Part shown: one piece after another, positions 12,483 to 26,159 of the stretch
Position numbering within the stretch: position 1 is the stretch's first letter
Layout of the letters: every line of letters starts with the position of its first letter
DNA from: Dipteris shenzhenensis
Taxonomy: Eukaryota
Length of the DNA: 64,000 nucleotides
Strand: one strand, 5' to 3'
Assembly: GCA_047967505.1 (NCBI GenBank)
Contig: CM106538.1
Notes under the pieces: model-generated
What the model was told of the DNA's origin: nothing
The model's input: only the letters and a program-made list of their open reading frames with translations
Databases searched by the model: none
Program-made: the position numbers and the translations under genes

Positions 12483-13590
12483 GAGTGTGTGTGTGTGTGA
12501 ATCAGCATTTTGAACTCATAATGGAGATATTTAACAGCTAGAAGGATAGCGTGATTGTTGCTTGAAAACTGAACCAAAATAATAAGTGTTGTATTTCTCT
12601 TTTGTCTCTATAGGGAAAACTCATTTCTAAGGAACTCAAGGAATCAGATTTAAAAAAATTCTTGCATCTATTGGTCCATTACACTATCAGTTCATTAATC
12701 AGAATTAATGAGTATAACTTGATAATGAGAAAACCTTGTATTTGCATTTCCTTAATTCCCTGCAAAAGCTCACATCATGCATAATGAAAAAACAACATGA
12801 CCTATCGTATGCAAAATGAGACATTTAATGAAATGGTTGGAAAAAAACTAAGCCAAGAAAACTACAGCCCCAAAGTCAGTGATGAAAAGAAGAAGGAACT
12901 TCATGATACTCTTGCAAACTGCACTGTGTCACAAACTACATGGAAATATCAGATTGAGTTCATGATCTTTATTTAATTGATAATGGCTGACAAACCTCCA
13001 ACCAAGGATAAGATCGAGTCAATTCATATGAGGCAACCCCACCATTGGCATTCTGCACAAAGAAGTACATATTAGTACGCAATAAAATGAGGCTGTAGAG
13101 ACAATACCATCAAAGCCTAGCAGCCAGTCTTCATTATAACTATGTCTGTCTTTCCATCACGAATCCAATGTTTACCCTTTGGATTTCTTGGGAATGGGAG
13201 GAGAAGCGGGCCTTATATTATCGTACAGCCCCATACTTCCTGTTTAGCACTCCCTGTTCTATCCATGCTTTTAGTCATGTGAGAAGATTTTGGCTACATG
13301 ATAGAATGCAACAATATGCATGCAGTCTTCTCTTTCTTTCTTTCTTTCTTCATTAAGACTCCACTTTAAAACCTTTACTTTTTGCAAACATAGCACAGCG
13401 TAAACACTATGACAACATTACTTACATTATCAGACCTTCACATCGGATGCAGAGAAAATAAATCAAGACATCATCACCTTAAAATTCAAAATTGCACAAA
13501 TAGACCATGCTGAGTTATTGTTTCTACATTGGCAATGCATTAGACACTAGAAAAAGATCCGATGTAGTTCCTACAGTCTAATGCATAACC

Positions 13591-16500
13591 TGTAGAAATC
13601 GACCAACAAAGGGTACCCCCAGTGAAAGACTGATAGAATAGCCCAGGAGCTCACACAGTCTGTGAGGAGTGGAATCACAAACTTCTTAAACTTATGTGCA
13701 TCAGATAGATATGCAAACTAGTAAATAGACAATGATCCAACCAGATATAGAAACCACCAAAAGAATATACTTCCATCCAAAGCTATGGACACAATACAAA
13801 AGAGAGAGATCCAAGGTCCTTTGATCTTACCACAAGGTGCTTCTACTATCTACCGGATATCTCTAGAACACTGAGCCCGTGTGCTCCACCTTGAGCATAT
13901 GTAGACTCTTCGTCCCGATCCTTCTACCTTACTGCCTGTATACAGCCTAGGTAGCAGCCTTCCAAGCTAGGTCTGCAGCTTCAAGGTTCCTTCACATCCA
14001 GTGATGAGGCCCAAGGAAGATCTCTGTGGCTGCTCCAAACTGCTGGAGATGTGCTGCTGCAAGTGATACTGAAATGAGACCTGAGGCCTCTCCTTTTATA
14101 AGCCCCCAAGGGGCTGAGAACTCCACCGACCCAAGCCTCTAGATCTAGCCGACTTGGTCAGTTCTTCTTGGTCGCCCTAGCCGACTTTGTTGCAGGCGTT
14201 CACCTGCCCAAAACTTCCCCTATAGGGGCCCAAAAGCAAGGGCACTTGGCCCATACTTCCATGCAGGGTCCAGCCCTTGCTTCAGCCCACAACTAGGCCT
14301 GGTTGGCAGGCTATACCCTTGTTAGAATTATTGCTATAATTTAGCAGTGACCAATGTAATGTAATAAGTAGGTTAGGGGCACTTTTCCCTCACTTAGAGG
14401 TTTTTTCCCCTAACCACAGTTAGTTCACTAACTATGGTTAGTGAAGTGATAAGGTTTTGTAAACCCATCACTCCATTCAGTTGTAATGCACTCTCATCTA
14501 ATTGCAACTACGGTTTCAGCTCTCACACTCTCCTGCTCTTGTTCTCACCTTTGCTCTCTCTCCCACTCTCACATTTGGTATCAGAGCATGCAGTTATGAT
14601 TCTTCCAACGATGCATCAGCTTTCAGTGTCAATGAGACACATAATACATGGTATTTTGACAGCGGTGCCTCAAAGCATATCACTTCCAGGAAGTGTCTCT
14701 TCACATCTTTGCATCCACCACCCATTGGTAAAAAGGTCACATGTGCCAACAACTCCTCCTATTCAGTTCGTGGTACAGGAGAAGTTGAACTTACAACATT
14801 CAGAATTTCTGATGTCTTGTATGTGCCTGGTATCACAAAAAATCTACTTTCAGTGTCCACTCTTAACAGAGCTGGATTTCAGGTCATTTTTTAAGATGAC
14901 AAGTGTGCAGTCCATGATAGAGAGCATGACTATGCCTTGAGATTGTCTGGCACTTTGTTGCGTGGTCTTTCTCAGCTTGACATGTATCAGAAAAGACCAG
15001 CACATGCTCTTACAGTTTCCACTCCTACTGCTGCAAATTTTCAGTGGAATGTTCATCAATTGGACATAAAAACAGCCTTCCTTAATGGAGACTTGTTGGA
15101 AGAGGTTTATGTCAAACAACCTCCAGGCTTTGAAATTTCAGGAAATGCACTTCAGGTATGCAAGCTGAATAAAGCTTTGTATGGGCTGAAACACTCCCCA
15201 CGTGCATGGTATGCAAAGATTTATGCCTTTCTGACCAGCAAGGGGCTGCACAACAGTCCAACTGAAAGCACCCTCTACATCAAGAAGGATGGGGGGGATA
15301 TTTTAGTCATCATTCTTTATGTACATGACTTACTGCTCACAGGGTCAAATGAAGATAATATTGCAGATTTTAAAGCTGAATTGGAGACCACTTTTGACAT
15401 GTCAGATTTGGGGCTGCTACACTTTTATTTGGGGATCCAGTTCACTCAAGAGCAAAGTGGCATCGGTATGTCTCAATCCAAGTATGTGCAAAAACTCTTG
15501 GACAGATTCAACATGCAGGATTGTAAGCCCATAGCTACTCCCATGGAGCCAGGGCTGAAGCTTACAATGCATGAAGCAGGTGAATCAATTGATGTCACAC
15601 TCTACAGTTAGGCTGTTGGATGCCTCATTTATCTCTGCAATACACGACCTGATATTCAGTTTGCAGTTTCTCAGGTGAGCAGATATATGCACAGCCTAAA
15701 GACTAGGCATTTGCAGGCTGTAAAATGCATCTTCCGTTACTTGCAAGGTACAAAGTCTTTTGGCTTGATGTTTCCCAGGGGGGGTGACTTGCAGATGCAT
15801 GCCTACAGTGACTCAGATTGGGCTGGAGACTATGACACTAGGCAGTCCACAAGTGGCAATTGTTTCTTTTTGGGCAAAGCTTGTATTTCTTGGTTGAGCA
15901 AGAAACAATCTACAGTGGCTACCTCTTCATGTGAAGCTGAGTACAAGGCAGCTTTCACAGCGACAATTGAATGTGTTTGGCTGCGTCGTTTATTTGCTGA
16001 TCTTCATCTTTCATTGGAGGGTCCTTCTCCAATTCTCACTGATAGTCAGAGTGCTATTGCAGTGGCAAAGAATCCTGTGTTTCATGCTCACACGAAGCAC
16101 ATTGAGGTTCACTATCACTACGTCACAGAGAAGTTGCATGCAGGAGAGATCAGCATGATCTATGTGTCAACACATGACAATGTTGCAGACATTTTCACCA
16201 AAGCACTTCCACGTGAAAAGTTTGAGGCATTTCGCAGTGCCCTGAACTTATCTCCTTTTGGTGATTGATCATTTCCTTGTACATGACATTGGCACTACAG
16301 GGGGGTGTTAGAATTATTGCTATAATTTAGCAGTGACCAATGTAACATAATAAGTAGGTTAGGGGCACTTTTCCCTCACTTAGAGGTTTTTCCCCCTAAC
16401 CACAGTTAGTTCACTAACTATTGTTAGTGAAGTGATAAGATTTTGTCACTTAGACAAAACCCATCACTCCATTCAGTTGTAATACACTCTCATCTAATTG

Positions 16501-17394
16501 CAACTACGTTTTCAGCTCTCACACTCTCCTGCTCTTGTTCTCACCTTTGCTCTCTCTCCCACTCTCATAACCCTGCCTAACCAGCCTGACCAATAGGCAA
16601 TTTTCTGCTGCTGACCCCTGCTCCAGTTCGGCCATTTATTGTGCCACTTCCAGGGACTTGCTTTAGGTCTCGCTTCTGCCCACGCACCCTGCAAAGTATG
16701 TTGCCACATAGGTGCCTCCATCATGGGTATATCTCGCCCTTTGGCGCTGCTCCAAGCATGCCTCTGATAGGCCAGATCCAGGCTGAACCTCCATAGCCAA
16801 CTTTCGGTCCATGAGCTTCATTGGTTGCAGCCACCATGGCTCCTCCAAGTTCTTTCTTTGTCTGATCTCTGCCCCCATGGCAGCCATAGTGCTGCCCATG
16901 TGGTACCCTCATGGCAGCCATAGTGCTGTCCCATGTGGTGGCCATCCCCCCCCCCCCCGATGCACTCCTCATTTGGGGGCTCACAGATGGGGAGGTGACC
17001 ATACACATTCCAAAACCCCCTCTCACCGACCAATCTTGGCCCAATGTCAATTTGTCGGTGTATGCTCCAGTAACTCCCTGGTTGTAGTCCTCTGGAACAC
17101 TTTGATGTCGAAAAATCTTCCTGGTTTTTCATCCAATGGCTCTTGCTCCACCAAGTCTGCTTCCGCTTCCGGACACCATCTTGTTACACTAGTCCATCTC
17201 TAGTAGCACCTCCTGGCACCACCACCTTCAGTCACGTTCCTGCCTTCCAACTCTAGCAATCCAGACACCATGATCTTCCAGTTTTCCCCCCCATAATGAG
17301 TGAACAACCTGGAGTCTTCCAGGCACCATGCTCTGAGAGTGTGTTTCAACCCGTCCTTCCTTTAGCAAGGTCCGCAACAAAAAATATCTCCAGA
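13591..17394. mobile_element. Possible solo LTR or unclassified repeat hosting the Copia insertion
   Basis: Non-coding, begins with TGTAG, LTR-like composition. ATAACCTG occurs at both 13585-13592 and 17394-17401. Boundaries are uncertain. Confidence 0.3.
14320..16569 (+). mobile_element. Internally deleted Ty1/Copia LTR retrotransposon (2250 bp)
   Basis: LTRs at 14320-14573 and 16306-16569. 5-bp TSD ACCCT (14315-14319, 16570-16574). PBS TGGTATCAGAGC at 14576. G-rich PPT before the 3' LTR. Protease WYFDSGASKH, RT QLDIKTAFLNG/LYVHDLL, RNase H YSDSDWAG...ADIFTK. Confidence 0.96.
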
Positions 17395-17409
17395 TAACCT
17401 GGACCACGA

Positions 17410-20400
17410 ACTCTCACTGAGCTCTCCCCCTCGCTCGGCTCTCCCCCTTGCTCCCACTCAGCCCCCCCTCGCTCCCACTCAGCCCCCTACTCACTCCCAC
17501 TCAGCCCCCCCTCGCTCAGCTCTCCCCCTCGCTCCTGCTCAGCCCCCCTCGCTCAGCTCTCCCCCTCGCTCAGCCCCCCCTCGTTCAGCCCCCGCTCAGC
17601 TCTCTCCCGCTCGCTCAGCCCCCGCTCAGCAGCTCTCCCGCTCGCTCAGCCCCCGCTCAGTCCCCGCTCAGCTCAGCCCCCCTCGCTCCGCTCAGCTCAG
17701 CCTCCCTCGCTCAGCTCAGCTCTCCCGCTCGCTCTCCCGCCCCCTTTTTTTTTTTTTTTTGCCCCCCGCTTGCAGCTCCAATACTCCCCCCCCCCCCTTT
17801 CCTGCAATCCCTTCTTTGCCCGCTGCTGCCTCCCCCATGATGAAGGGAACAGGGGATTGAGGACACGAGACTAGGCCGGAGACCCTTCGGTCCAAATTTA
17901 CATACGCGAGGAGATGGGGAAGGGAACAGTGACAAGGCGAAAACACAAAAGCAACTCAGTCTGGACGACTTCAACAAACGCAGCAACCGGAGCGGTTTGA
18001 CAGTGGACAACACCGTGGCCCAGAAGAAAGGGACCCACCCAAAGCCCATGCCGCTCACCACATCCTCGACCTCTATGGTTACCACCACTATTTCACCACC
18101 ATCATCCGCCTCATCATCTACACCACCTCTCTCCTCCCCCTCTCTTGCATCATCATCACAGGTCTCCTCTCCAGTAGCCTCACCACTAGCCCCACCAGCC
18201 ACGGCTCCACAGTACTTTCCCCTCGTATCACCTCTACCTCTCAGTCAACCACCCTTCATCACCTCGTCCGGCCTCGCTACTCCTACATACCACTCCCCCG
18301 CCCAGATCATGCTGTCCCCACCCTCAGTACAACCTCAACAGCCCACCTTCATTCCAACCCCTCTCGAGATCCAATTCCCACCTAGACCAGGACATCTTAG
18401 GCCCCCACCAGATGATTGGGACTCCCTATTGGCTGAGATACACAGCATCCGGGCCTGTCAGGCAAAGCTGACATATTACACTCACGAGCAGGCCTGATAC
18501 ACCCAGGAGTAGGCCCGCATTATACACGAGCAGGGCACCCTTATCCAAGGGCTCAGACACAACATCACACAGCTTCGAGAGGAGCTTGGGACCCTCAGAG
18601 TAGCGCCTGGAGGGACCCCAGTCACAGAGATGGAGGCACAGATAGCCACGATACAGTCGGCTATAGCAGAGACGACTAGATGGGTGGACGTGGCGAAACG
18701 AGAGCCCGCAAAGGCAACCGTTTCAGCCGCCATACAGGAGCAGCAGCAGAGGGCTTCGAAGGCCCTCAACATCTAGATACGAGGGATCACGCGATACAGC
18801 ACCAACACCACTACAACGCCCATGGAGGAGGCGATCACCTTTGTGACCACCACCATGGGGATCCCCGACCATGGCATAGAGGGAGCATGGCATGTTGGGA
18901 GAGACCCCAACCGAGAGCAGCCCCTAGTCATTCGCTTCAGAGATTCACATAATCGACTAGCGACACTCCGACGCCGAGCCGCTCTACGAGAGCATCCCAC
19001 CCTGTCCATGGACAAGGATTTGACACCACCACAAATTGAGGAGCGACGAGTTCTTCTACAGCAGCGGGATGCTGCCCGCAAGGAGGGAAAATGGGCTGTG
19101 GTCCGAGATGGTAGGTTGTTGACCGGCACCCATCGAGCTCCCACTCGTACCCCCTAGGGGGACGGGGCCTATGAGACTCAGGTTTCCGAGACCCTAGCCT
19201 GCACCATTTGGAACTGTAATGGTACCTTATGGTCAGACCCAGGGAACTTCTCAGAGTCTTATATAGAACGAGACATAGTCTTTTACACAGAGACACACCA
19301 GATCCCAGAGCATCCACTACCGATAGTCAGTGGCTACACATGGGAGTCGGCCTTCACGCATGAGACAAGGGATACAGGAGGAGTCCGAGGATCAGGCGAG
19401 GTCGCAGTATTATACAGGTCTTCCCTCGCTGGAGCCATCTGCATTGAGAGAAAGGACACACACTCCCGATTCATGTGGATCCGGATCCGCGACGCATGGA
19501 CACCCGTGACCTTATCATAGCAATATGCTACTTCCCGCCAGACACATCCCACTTCGCCAGAGTGGCATGAGAGGAAGGTGAGACATCGCCATATGCACCC
19601 TTACATCAAGATATCCCAAACCTTTCAGCCCACAGGGAAGTTCTCCTTGTTGGGGACTTCAACGCGAGGATGAGCACATGCCAGGCACCACTCCTGGACT
19701 TTCGAGACGGCTCTATTATGCTACTAGACATGGACCTAGATGGAGCAGGTATGACAAGGATCTCATCGGACCGACACGCGCCTGTTACACCATATGGACA
19801 CACGCTCCTTGATCTGGGCAGGATGCATGATCTCATCATCTACAACGGGCTTGACCTATGGCCCTCCTCACTTGGTTTTACTTGCTGGGGGACACTAGTG
19901 TAGTAGATTACATCATGGGATCCCCTACCTTCACTTCATGTATCACCGACCTCACCATAGCACCACTCCCTCCAAGAGCTGATCACACATACCTATTCTT
20001 CACTATCGCCACCCCACGCCTAGCCACACCACACACACCACATAGGAAGCACGACACCTACCACGACATACACTTTGATCACAGCCTCTCACTGGCCTAC
20101 TCTGGACGCCTAAACAGACTCCTAACCTAGATCGATCACATACCACTCATAGAGAACCGTGCTGCCCTGATTAGTCGCACACTCCACGAGGCTGCCCTCC
20201 AAATCTTTCCCCACACCACACGGTCCACTAGACCACCACCTCTTGGTTCTGTACCTTGCAACAACTAGTACGATGCGGAGTGAAAGGCTTATCGCCGACG
20301 GCTCCGACTTGAAACCAGATGTCACCTCCCGAACACACCAGACACGGTACACAAGTACCGATGTCTCATACGTCGGAAGAAGCAGGCATTTCTTCGTCAA

Positions 20401-22030
20401 AATCAGGAGGAGCTGTTGAACATCTTGTACAGCAACAACTCTAAGGATTTTTGGCGGAGATTCCTTGAGCGTAGGTCTCCATCACCCCTCACCGACACCA
20501 GAGTTTGGCACACATATGCACACCATCTTTATGATGTCCCACACCAGCCCACTCCGAGAGACAATGCTTCCACTCCCACTTCCAGGACCCTCGGACCAAG
20601 GCTCTTCTCTTTGTCTCCTTGGTCCGACCAGCCGGTATGTATGGCAGCCCTTGTTGGGGACCTAACATGTCAGAGATAGAGTGGACACAGGTGGAGCGCC
20701 TCCAAATCCTCATGCTCTCACGGATGATCCGCGGGAAACCATTTGTACCACATCACATCATTCAGGCCAAGTTTGGTGCTTCTCCACTCCAGCTAGATGC
20801 AGCCTTTCAGACCATCACATATCTACACCGGGTTAGATCATATGGGGACTGCACATCAGGGAGACAGCGGTTGCCATGGTTGGCGCTCGATTCCTCCATG
20901 AGGTTGGCAGCAGAGGAAGACGAGCAATGCTGGTATGCACAGACTCACGGATGGTTTGCGAGACTAGGGTTTCACATTGATAGGATACCTCCTTTTCAGT
21001 ACAGTTTAGATGCCCCTCCGGTACTCCCATCCACCATCCCGATCGGGCGCCACACCAACCAGGTCATCCGAGAGGATCTCCTACAGCTACACACCTTTAG
21101 GACCTGGTTGGAGCCGAGGGAGCTTCCAGTGAAGCTGAGTTTCTACAGAGAACACTGTCTTTGTATTTCGGAGAAGGGATTCATCACACCACCGGGGTAC
21201 ACTGAGCTTCATATGCCTCACTCACTACAGATCTCCATCGGACAGTTTCGGGTATCATCACACCGCCTCCGCATAGAGAGTGGCAAACCAGAGGGGATTC
21301 CTAGGGAGCATCACTTATGCATATTGTGCGACTGTCATGAGGTTGAGTCGGAGGAGCATTTTATTTTCAGGTGCCCAATGTACTACGAGATCCGAGGTCG
21401 CTACCATTGTCTCTTCAAAGATGGCTCTGGGCTCCTTTCCAGATTCCTTGCCTACCCAAATCAGAGATGCCTCGTGGCCTTCATTCACGAGGGGGTCCGA
21501 CACAGAGAGTACTTACTTAGGCGACGGGGCTTGGCTACATCATCAGACACCTCTCAGAGCAGGATCACAGAGTTCTTCCCATTGAGTGACATTGATCGTC
21601 TAGTCTCTAGCCGCAGACATGACAAAGATCCCGACCCGACAACCGTAGCACGACACACGAGACATCGAGGGGACACACACATCACTCTAGGGGACCTCCC
21701 GTCATTGTTTAGACTCGGGATACGTCCCACGGGAGTCACAGTGGCTCTGGTCTTACGTCGAGCCTCGTCCAAGAGATCGAGACACACGGCACCCCTTGAC
21801 GGGCGCCAACATTCCATCAACGGCTATGCACCAGCCAGGGCGACAGGACATACAGAGGATTCCGCTCCGCTCTAGTCTTTTTCTTTTCATTCTTACATCC
21901 AGATGTATTTGATTATGTATGATCAGACTTAGGATTCAGCACGGGTGATGATGCTCGTTTCAGTAGCTCCACCCTTACTGTGATTTGTATCAGGTTTTCT
22001 TTCAGTCTCATAGACCCATCGGTCTTCCAT
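17410..22030 (+). mobile_element. RTE-X-like LINE copy B: 5' leader, ORF1, endonuclease and C-terminus, with RT deleted
   Basis: C-rich GCTCAGC repeat leader. ORF1 with PLVIRF...LSMDKDLT. EN motifs WNCNG, LVGDFNAR, SVVDYIMGS. C-terminal CILC..ESEEHFIFRCP and the 3' hairpin. RT is missing at junction 20555/20556. Confidence 0.88.
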
Positions 22031-25000
22031 CGATTTCCTCTCCATGTACTGGTATGAGTATCTTCCCCTTGTTATCCACCATATCCATCGGCTTAGCCTC
22101 GGCTCCCGTTGTCAGTTTCCACATCTACCGAGCCACTAAATAACTCCGTTCCAGATAGGGTCATTTGTCCGTCTAGTTTCCCGGACTCTCCAAAGTTAGG
22201 GATGGTGAAAGAAAGAAATATGGGGGAGGAGGAAGGGAGACAAGGGGCTGAAGAGGCTTCTGAAATCGACATCTCTGCTGCTAAACCACATAGCAAAGTC
22301 GAACAAACTCAACCTTCTGTAGACCAGAAATCTGTATGCACTTGAGTGAACCTGAGTCACCCTTCTTCTCGCAACGGCACTGTCCTCCGGTCGTGGAAGT
22401 CGATTCCCAAGAGCTTTTGAAGTCACAAAACAGGTCATGCATCATGGCCTTCCTGGAAAGAACTGCATCTAGCCATCACACCTTTTTTATATAATATGCA
22501 GAAGAGTACAATGTTGTAGACCTTAATAGTTTTAGAGATGAGTTGACTCTAAAGACTTGTACGACGATCATACTCATAGCATGCGCTGAGAGATATTCTT
22601 GTCAATAACTTCTCCAAGCTTGATAGAGCTTAATGACAGTACATGACTTTTGCAAACAAAAGAAAGAAATTTAAATGTACACTACTCCCGATGAGGAAAG
22701 CATCCAAAGGTAGATACTGCCGCGCCCCCCGACGACGACCCGCGTAGCCCAGCCTCCAACCCGACGGCGTCGCGCCCCCGTCCCACGGTGGCGCCTCGGG
22801 CTCCCGAGTCGGGTCGCGACATGTGGTGGCCCGAACGCTGCCGCAGCCCCGGCCACGTCCGACGTGCCCACGCCTCCCACCCGACGTTACCCCGGCCCCG
22901 GCCATGCCCCGCACCTCCGACCCGACGCTGCCGCGCCCCCCGACGACGACCCGCGTAGCCCAGCCTCCAACCCGACAGCGTCGCGCCCCCGTCCCACGGT
23001 GGCGCCTCCGGCTCCCGAGTCGGGTCGCGACGCGTCGTGGCCCGAACGCTGCCGCACCCCCGGCCACGTCCTGCGCGCCCACGCCTCCGACCCGTCGTTG
23101 CCGCGGCCCCGACCACGCCCCGCGCGCCCGGACCTTCGACCGGACGCTGCCGCGCCCCCCGACGACGACCCGCGTATCTTAGCCTCCAACCCGACGGCGT
23201 CGCGCCCCCGTCCCACGGTGGCGCCTCGGCCTCCCGAGTCGGGTCGCGACGCGTTGTGGCCCGAACGCTGCCGCACCCCCGGCCACGTCCTGCGCGCCCA
23301 CGCCTCCGACCCGACGTTGCCTCGGCCCTGGCCACGCCCCGCGCGCCCGCACCTCCGACCCGTCGCTGTCGCGCCCCTCGACGACCACCCGCGTAGCCCA
23401 GCCTCCAACCCGACGGCGTCGCGTCCCCGTCCCACGGTGGCGCCTCGGGCTCCCGAGTCGGGTCGCGACGCGTGGTGGCCCGAACGCTGCCGCACTACCG
23501 GCCACGTCCTGCGCGCCCACGGCTCCGACCCGTCGTTGCCGCGGCCCCGGCCACGCACCGCGCGCCCGCACCTCCGACCCGACTCTGCCGCGCCCCCCGA
23601 CGACGACCCGCGTAGCCCAGCCTCCAACCCGACGGCGTCGCGCCCCCGTCCCACGGTGGCGCCTCGGGTTCCCGAGTCAGGTCGCGACGCGTGGTGGCCC
23701 GAACGCTGCCGCACCCCCGGCCACGTCCTGCGCGCCCACGCCTCCGACCCGATGTTGCTGCGGCCCCACCACGCCCCGCGCGCCCGCACCTCCGACCCGA
23801 CGCTGCCGCGCCCCCCAACGACGACCCGCGTAGCCCAGCCTCCAACCCGACGGCGTCGCGCCCCCGTCCCACGGTGGCGCCTCGGGCTCCCGAGTCGGGT
23901 CGCGACGCGTGATCGCCCGAACGCTTCCGCACCCTCGGCCACGTCCTGCGCGCCCACGCCTCCGACCCGACGTTGCCGCGGCCCCGGCCACGCCCCGCGC
24001 GCCCGCAACTCCGACCTGACGCTGCGGCGCCCCCCGACGACGACCCGCGTAGCCCAGCCTCCAACCCGACGGCGTCGCGCCCCCGTCCCACAGTGGCGCC
24101 TCGGGATCCCGAGTCGGGTCGCGACGCGTGATGGCCCCAACGCTTTCGCACCCCCGGCCACGTCCTGCGCGCCCACGCCTCCGACCCGACGTTGCCGCGG
24201 CCCCGGCCACTCCCCGCGCGCCCGCACCTCCGACCCGACTCTGCTGCGCCCCCCGACGACGACCCGCGTAGCCCAGCCTCCAACCCGACGGCGTCGCGCC
24301 CCCGTCCCACGGTGGCGCCTCGGGCTCCCGAGTCGGGTCGCGACGCGTGATGGCCCGAATGCTTTCGCACCCCCGGCCACGTCCGGACCTTCGACCGGAC
24401 GCTGCCGCGCCCCCCGACGACGACCCGCGTATCCCAGCCTCCAACCCGACGGCGTCGCGCCCCCGTCCCACGGTGGCGCCTCGGGCTCCCGAGTCGGGTC
24501 GCGACGCGTTGTGGCCCGAACGCTGCCGCACCCCCGGCCACGTCCTGCGCGCCCACGCCTCCGACCCGACGTTGCCTCGGCCCCGGCCACGCCCCGCGCG
24601 CCCGCACTTCCGACCCGTCGCTGCCGCGCCCCCCGACGACGACCCGCGTATCCCAGCCTCCAACCCGACGGCGTCGCGCCCCCGTCCCACGGTGGTGCCT
24701 CGGGCTCCCGAGTCGGGTCGCGACGCGTTGTGGCCTGAACGCTGCCGCACCCCCGGCCACGTCCTGCGCGCCCACGCCTCCGACCCGAAGTTGCCTCGGC
24801 CCCGGCCACGCCCCGCGCGCCCGCACCTCCGACCCGTCGCTGCCGCGCCCCCCGACGACCACCCGCGTAGCCCAGCCTCGAACCTGACGGCGTCGCGTCC
24901 CCGTCCCACGGTGGCGCCTCGGGCTCCCGAGTCGGGTCGCGACGCGTCGTGGCCCGAACGCTGCCGCACTACCGGCCACGTCCTGCGCGCCCACGCCTCC

Positions 25001-26159
25001 GACCCGTCGTTGCCGCAGCCCCGGCCACGCCCCGCGCGCTCGCACCTCCAACCCGACTCTGCCGCGCCCCCCGACGACGACCCGCGTAGCCCAGCCTCCA
25101 ACCCGACGGCGTCGCGCCCCCGTCCCACGGTGGCGCCTCGGGTTCCCGAGTCAGGTCGCGACGCGTGGTGGCCCGAACGCTTCCGCACCCCGGCCACGTC
25201 CTGCGCGCCCACGCCTCCGACCTGATGTTGCCGCGGCCCCACCACGCCCCGCGCGCCCGCACCTCTGACCTGACGCTGTCGCGCCCCCCGACGACGACCC
25301 GCGTAGCCCAGCCTCCAACCCGACGGCGTCGCGCCCCCGTCCCACGGTGGCGCCTCGGGCTCCCGAGTCGGGTCGCGACGCGTGTTCGCCCGAACGCTTC
25401 CGCAACCCCGCCTACGTCCTGCGCGCCCACGCCTCCGACCCGACGTTGCCGCGGCCCCGGCCACGCCCCACGCGCCCGCACCTCCGACCCGACGCTGCCG
25501 CGCCCCCCGACGACGACCCGCGTAGCCCAGCCTCCAACCCGACGGCGTCGCGCCCCCGTCCCACGGTGGCGCCTCGGGATCCCGAGTCGGGTCGCGACAC
25601 GTGATGGCCCCAACGCTTCCGCACCACCGGCCACGTCCTGCGCGCCCACGCCTCCGACCCGACGTTGCCGCGGCCCTGGCCACGCCCCGCGCGCCCGCAC
25701 CTCCGACCCGACTCTGCCGCGCCCCCCGACGACGACCCGCGTAGCCCAGCCTCCAACCCGACGGCGTCGCGCCCCCGTCCCACGGTGGCGCCTCGGGCTC
25801 CCGAGTCGGGTCGCGACGCGTGATGGCCCGAATGCTTCCGCACCCCCGGCCACGTCCTGCGCGCCCACGCCTCCGACCCGACGTTGCCGCGGCCCCAGCC
25901 CGGGCCATGCCCCGCGCGCCCGCACCTCTGACCCGACGCTGCCGCGCCCACCGACGACCACCCGCATAGCCCAACCTCCAACTCGACGGCGTCGCGCCCC
26001 CTTCCCACGGTGGCGTCTCGGGCTCCCGAGTCGGGTCGCGACGCGTGGTGGCCCGAACGCTGCCGCAGCCCCCGGCCACGTCCGACACGCCCACGCCTCC
26101 GACCCGACGTTGCCGCGGCCGCGGCCACGCCCCGAGCACCCGGGTGGAGACGCGTGGCA

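Noticed and set aside
12700-13100. Possible decayed Copia gag
   Set aside because: The resemblance is too weak to support without a search.
13424-13480. Minus-strand AG...GTAAG bounded segment resembling a small exon
   Set aside because: The peptide does not match any OSC exon I know, and there are no supporting neighbouring exons.
13585-17401. 8-bp direct repeat ATAACCTG as a hAT-type TSD
   Set aside because: No terminal inverted repeats lie inside it. Kept only as a weak boundary hint.
21940-22030. Hammerhead ribozyme in the LINE 3' UTR
   Set aside because: The CUGAUGA/GAAA core is not present in the proper arrangement. Simple hairpins explain the conservation.
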